DNA from: Trichoplax adhaerens
Taxonomy: Eukaryota > Animalia > Placozoa
Assembly (NCBI RefSeq): GCF_000150275.1
Contig: NW_002060950.1
Coordinates: 378,679-442,678 of the forward strand
DNA length: 64,000 nt
Direction of reading: 5' to 3'
Each line of letters starts with the position of its first letter. Position 1 is the first letter of the stretch. A program made the position numbers and the translations under genes. The notes under the pieces were generated by a model. The model was not told the DNA's origin, ran no database searches, and saw only the letters and a list, made by a program, of their open reading frames with translations. Shown in pieces: positions 60,701 through 64,000 of this stretch.

Positions 60701-61892
60701 AAGTAAATAATGATAATAATAATTATTAATATAGTAGTATTAAAATAGGTCGGAGTTAAAGTGTCAGTAAATTCTGCTATACAAATAATGCAAGCCTGGA
60801 ATTGATTCAATCACGTTCAATTAATTAGTGAACCATATGAGATCTAATTCAATTGACTTACAGAGTCATCAGATGTTGATATTGAAGTTACAGCATTTGC
60901 TTCGAGATTTTTGCAAGTGCTTACAAAGGAATTGACAACATCCAGCATATCAGGTATAGCAATGTTACTACGTTCAGCTTTCTCACTTAAAATAATAAGT
61001 TGCGACACCTAGCAAAAATAAAAGAAAATATTTAAGAGCTCAATCCAGTTAGCGTTGTACATTGAAGAGTAAAGAAAGGAAGGGTAAGACATAGATAGGT
61101 AAAAGAAAAATATCCATGAGCTTTACTAGCCAATATCGTAGTGCTCGCTAAGTATAGAGTATTGAGTAGAAAATTGTTTTACCGTACAGTATTATTAGTA
61201 GTCCAGTCTTTAAAGCGATGGATTTACGTTTAGACGATGTAAACAATGGTCAACATCACGATGTTGGCTAACATTCTATTATTTTGGCATCAGTAAGGTG
61301 AATTTCAAATGCCAATTGTATAACAATTATTACGTACCGTTATTAAGAGTTTTTTTAATTTTAATTAATTAATCGTGTGTTCGATTGTCTGCAGATAACC
61401 TATCTATAATTAACTATACTCGTAAATACGTTGTAACGTCCATCATCGCCCAAGGCGACCAAAGGAGGCATGTCACACAAACCGTTGTAAAATAGCAGAA
61501 TGTTTTATCTTATCTTATGACTAAACTCGGATCATATCAACTCTACGGCATCGTTATATCTCAATTAGAGCAGCACATAAAAGAAAATTTTAGTCAACTT
61601 GACTATACTGTATCAATTTGAAACCAACTCCTTTACACATTGACAGTAGTTGAACGTCAATTGGTAAGCTCAGTTCTTGTTATGAGCGTTCCCTTTTGAT
61701 CGTAGTTTGAATTTGATTCAATCTTGATCTACCGTAAGTGCTTTCATTTTACTACAAAATCGAACTTGAAGTCAGAATCATTCAACCCCATTATCTTACC
61801 CGAGCTGCAATTGGTGCAACCACTACTTCAATCCACTTCGTTTTAGATATAGACGATAACGTCGCTCCAACTATCGCGCTGTTCAAAGCCAT
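51781..61892 (-). CDS. Large vinculin/alpha-catenin family protein (~28 exons, ~1,900 aa by manual splicing)
   Basis: ATG at 61892. The vinculin-like head reads KTKWIEVVVAPIAARVSQLIILSE..IPDM..ELKADM..LVRDPHS..DASKIRQIV..KRQKEL. Alpha-catenin-like middle bundles include HIVDTLADTN, LAPQVISAAQ..W..LAADVD and LTPKVISAARGLA. The actin-binding-type tail reads WEEDGNFVIRAAKEMA..QIQTISMQLKML..LIENSKNL..EAACLK. Stop at 51781-51783. Confidence 0.87.
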
Positions 61893-61969
61893 ATTTGACG
61901 CTGTGCTTGTTTTAGGATATTTTTCTTCTCGTAGGCGCTTTGATCAGAGTTTTGCAATTTTGAACGCCT

Positions 61970-63085
61970 TTTTACTGTCCTGTACTGTATACTATACTGT
62001 GTACAATACAGCAGTGTAGTGCCTGTACAGTACGTTACGTTACAGAAATGAGACGATCTTTTCTACTGGACTGGACTAGGTACTGCTGTGTACAGTACGG
62101 TACAGTACATTGTCAACTCACGATTGAGCTATGCACTGTATACTACAGTAGATTGTACAGTACTCCTGTACAGTACTGTACAAATTTATCCCGTTATTGT
62201 AAGTTCGTAACGTAACGGTCAGTCAAATAACCGGGGATTACCATGTCAACTGTGCTGTAAATTGCAGAATCTGTATTACTAAAATTTCAATTTATTGCTG
62301 CAGATACATCATTTTGCATAATATTGTACTGTAAGCAGAAGAAGCCGCCAATAATAGCAGTAATGATATAAAATTACTATTGGAGCAGCAATGATGTCAA
62401 GATTTCGTGGATCACATGATCCAAGCTGTTACCATCGCGACGCGTGGTCTGCTCATTTTACCTCAGTTTATACGCAATTTTGGCATAAGTACAGTACTGT
62501 ACAGTACTTGACTCTGAGTTATACTGTACTGTACACTGTAAAGCAGTACCGTACGGCTGTACAGTACCGCAGAGATACTGTAGTACAGTACGACCAGACC
62601 AGACCATAAAGAGACCATCAATGATTATCAAAGACACGAGTTCTGTACTGTACTGTACGGTACGGTACTGTACAGTACAGTACACCAGGATTGTTGAAAT
62701 GTAATGTTTAATACTGTACAACTGTACTGTACACTGAACAGCTTGACCATTTAGTGTACAGTACTGTACTGTACTGTACTTTAGTGCACGCATGCATTTC
62801 CAGTACGCGCAATGACTTTCCAGTACACGCATGCATTTCCAGTACCTGCAAGACTTTCCAGTACATACTGTATATGCGTGACATTTCCTAAAGTACTGTA
62901 CAGTGTACTGTACAGTACTGTACTGTACAGTATTCAAAGTTTTACAGTGCATCATTTACAGTACAGTACTGTAGCCCACCCTATTGTATAGTACTGTACA
63001 GTACAGTACAGTACACCGTGATTTACGGGACTGTACACTCAGTGTACTGTACGGTGTAACAGGTGTAACAATACAGCTCAGTACA
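61970..63085. promoter_or_regulatory. Two CAGTA/TACTG-rich clusters upstream of the vinculin-like gene (putative promoter), including a TTTCCAGTAC x4 array
   Basis: Clusters at ~61973-62182 and ~62487-63085. TTTCCAGTAC repeats with ~20-bp period between ~62797 and ~62865. Promoter role is inferred from position. Confidence 0.6.
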
Positions 63086-63425
63086 ACACTCCTGAGGTTT
63101 CGTTTTTGAGCGAGCGCACTTTTCCGATGTTAACCGGAGATGGAATAATATGAAATTTTCGATTTTAAAGTTTTTAACTGCTATGTATAGTACGAAATTA
63201 TAGCTCGTATTAATGTATCTTTGGTATGCGGACCAGGTACAACATGCAGTGATAAGAGGATACGGTAATAACGATGAGTAGCACAAGAATATTCATAAAG
63301 GTTCTACTAGCCACAGATAACCAGTTCCAAAATTTCAATTTCTTATACGATATCTGTAGCTATCCATATATCTAAATGCATATACGCTTAAACTACATTT
63401 CAGCGATTAAGCCATTTTCTTCAAG

Positions 63426-64000
63426 TTACCCCTTTATTATTACGGTATAATCATGTAATTAGAATAAAATAAATCGTTCCTCATCCATATCATACCTTTA
63501 GTAACCATCTATTGCTTATAGGGTAATTGTAGCCTTACAAGATTATTAGCTATCTTCTTAATTTTGACTCCTTCATTACCGCGTATAATCGGATAATTAG
63601 AATAAACAATCTGTTACTCCTTTATTATTACGGTATAATCATGTAATTAGAATAAAATAAATCGTTCCTCATCCATATCATATCTTTAGTAACTATCTAT
63701 TGATTGTAGGGTGATTGTAGCCTTACAAGATTATTAGCTATCTTCTTCAATTTTACTCCTTTATAGCCACGTATAATCGGATAATTAGAATAAACAATCT
63801 TCATCCATATCTTATCTTTAGAAATCATTTCTCTTGCATGTAGGTGCGCTGTTGCGCTTACTTATATAATCAGATGTATGCCTTGTTGACGAGTGTAGGA
63901 TATAAGGAAGTTACCACCTAGTAGGATTCTCAGTTTACGAATAAATCTTTGACACTACAATCTTCTTGTATTTTACTCCTTCATTACTACGGCATAAACA
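63426..64000. repeat. Young tandem repeat, ~188-bp unit, 2 near-identical copies plus partial copies running to the window end
   Basis: CCTTTATTATTACGGTATAATCATGTAATTAGAATAAAATAAATCGTTCCTCATCCATATCATA occurs at ~63431 and ~63619. TTGTAGCCTTACAAGATTATTAGCTATCTTCTT and GTATAATCGGATAATTAGAATAAACAATCT are each duplicated. Confidence 0.92.

Noticed and set aside
62391-63286. ORFs 62458-62955 (165 aa), 62391-62609 and 63023-63286
   Set aside because: Same pentamer-repeat artefact; the same applies to the ORFs at 48600-49087.

Overview
AT-rich, intron-dense eukaryotic (animal) genomic DNA. Compact genes with mostly 60-400 bp introns and divergent metazoan proteins would fit a placozoan such as Trichoplax; this is an inference and unverified. 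I spliced five multi-exon genes by hand: (1) an ELMOD3-type ELMO-domain gene (+, <1-5232) that appears fused in frame to an N-terminal guanylate-kinase-like domain; (2) CLINT1/epsinR (+, 7627-11728); (3) a TIA1/TIAL1 RRM gene (+, 23030-39337) with abnormally long, repeat-filled introns; (4) RNA polymerase II subunit RPB2 (-, 42443-48593); (5) a very large (~1,900 aa) vinculin/alpha-catenin-family gene with extra helical-bundle repeats (-, 51781-61892). The non-coding DNA holds most of the unusual signal. Dense CAGTA/TACTG palindromic clusters sit at the 5' ends of three genes. The TIA1 locus contains candidate poison exons, twin T-run/G11 motifs and mutually inverted tandem arrays. There is also a triplicated Helitron-like 3' end (~49.9-50.08 kb) and a decayed multi-exon gene of unknown family on the minus strand (~12.6-16.6 kb). 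No tRNA, rRNA or CRISPR array was recognised. Exon boundaries are manual and need RNA-seq confirmation.
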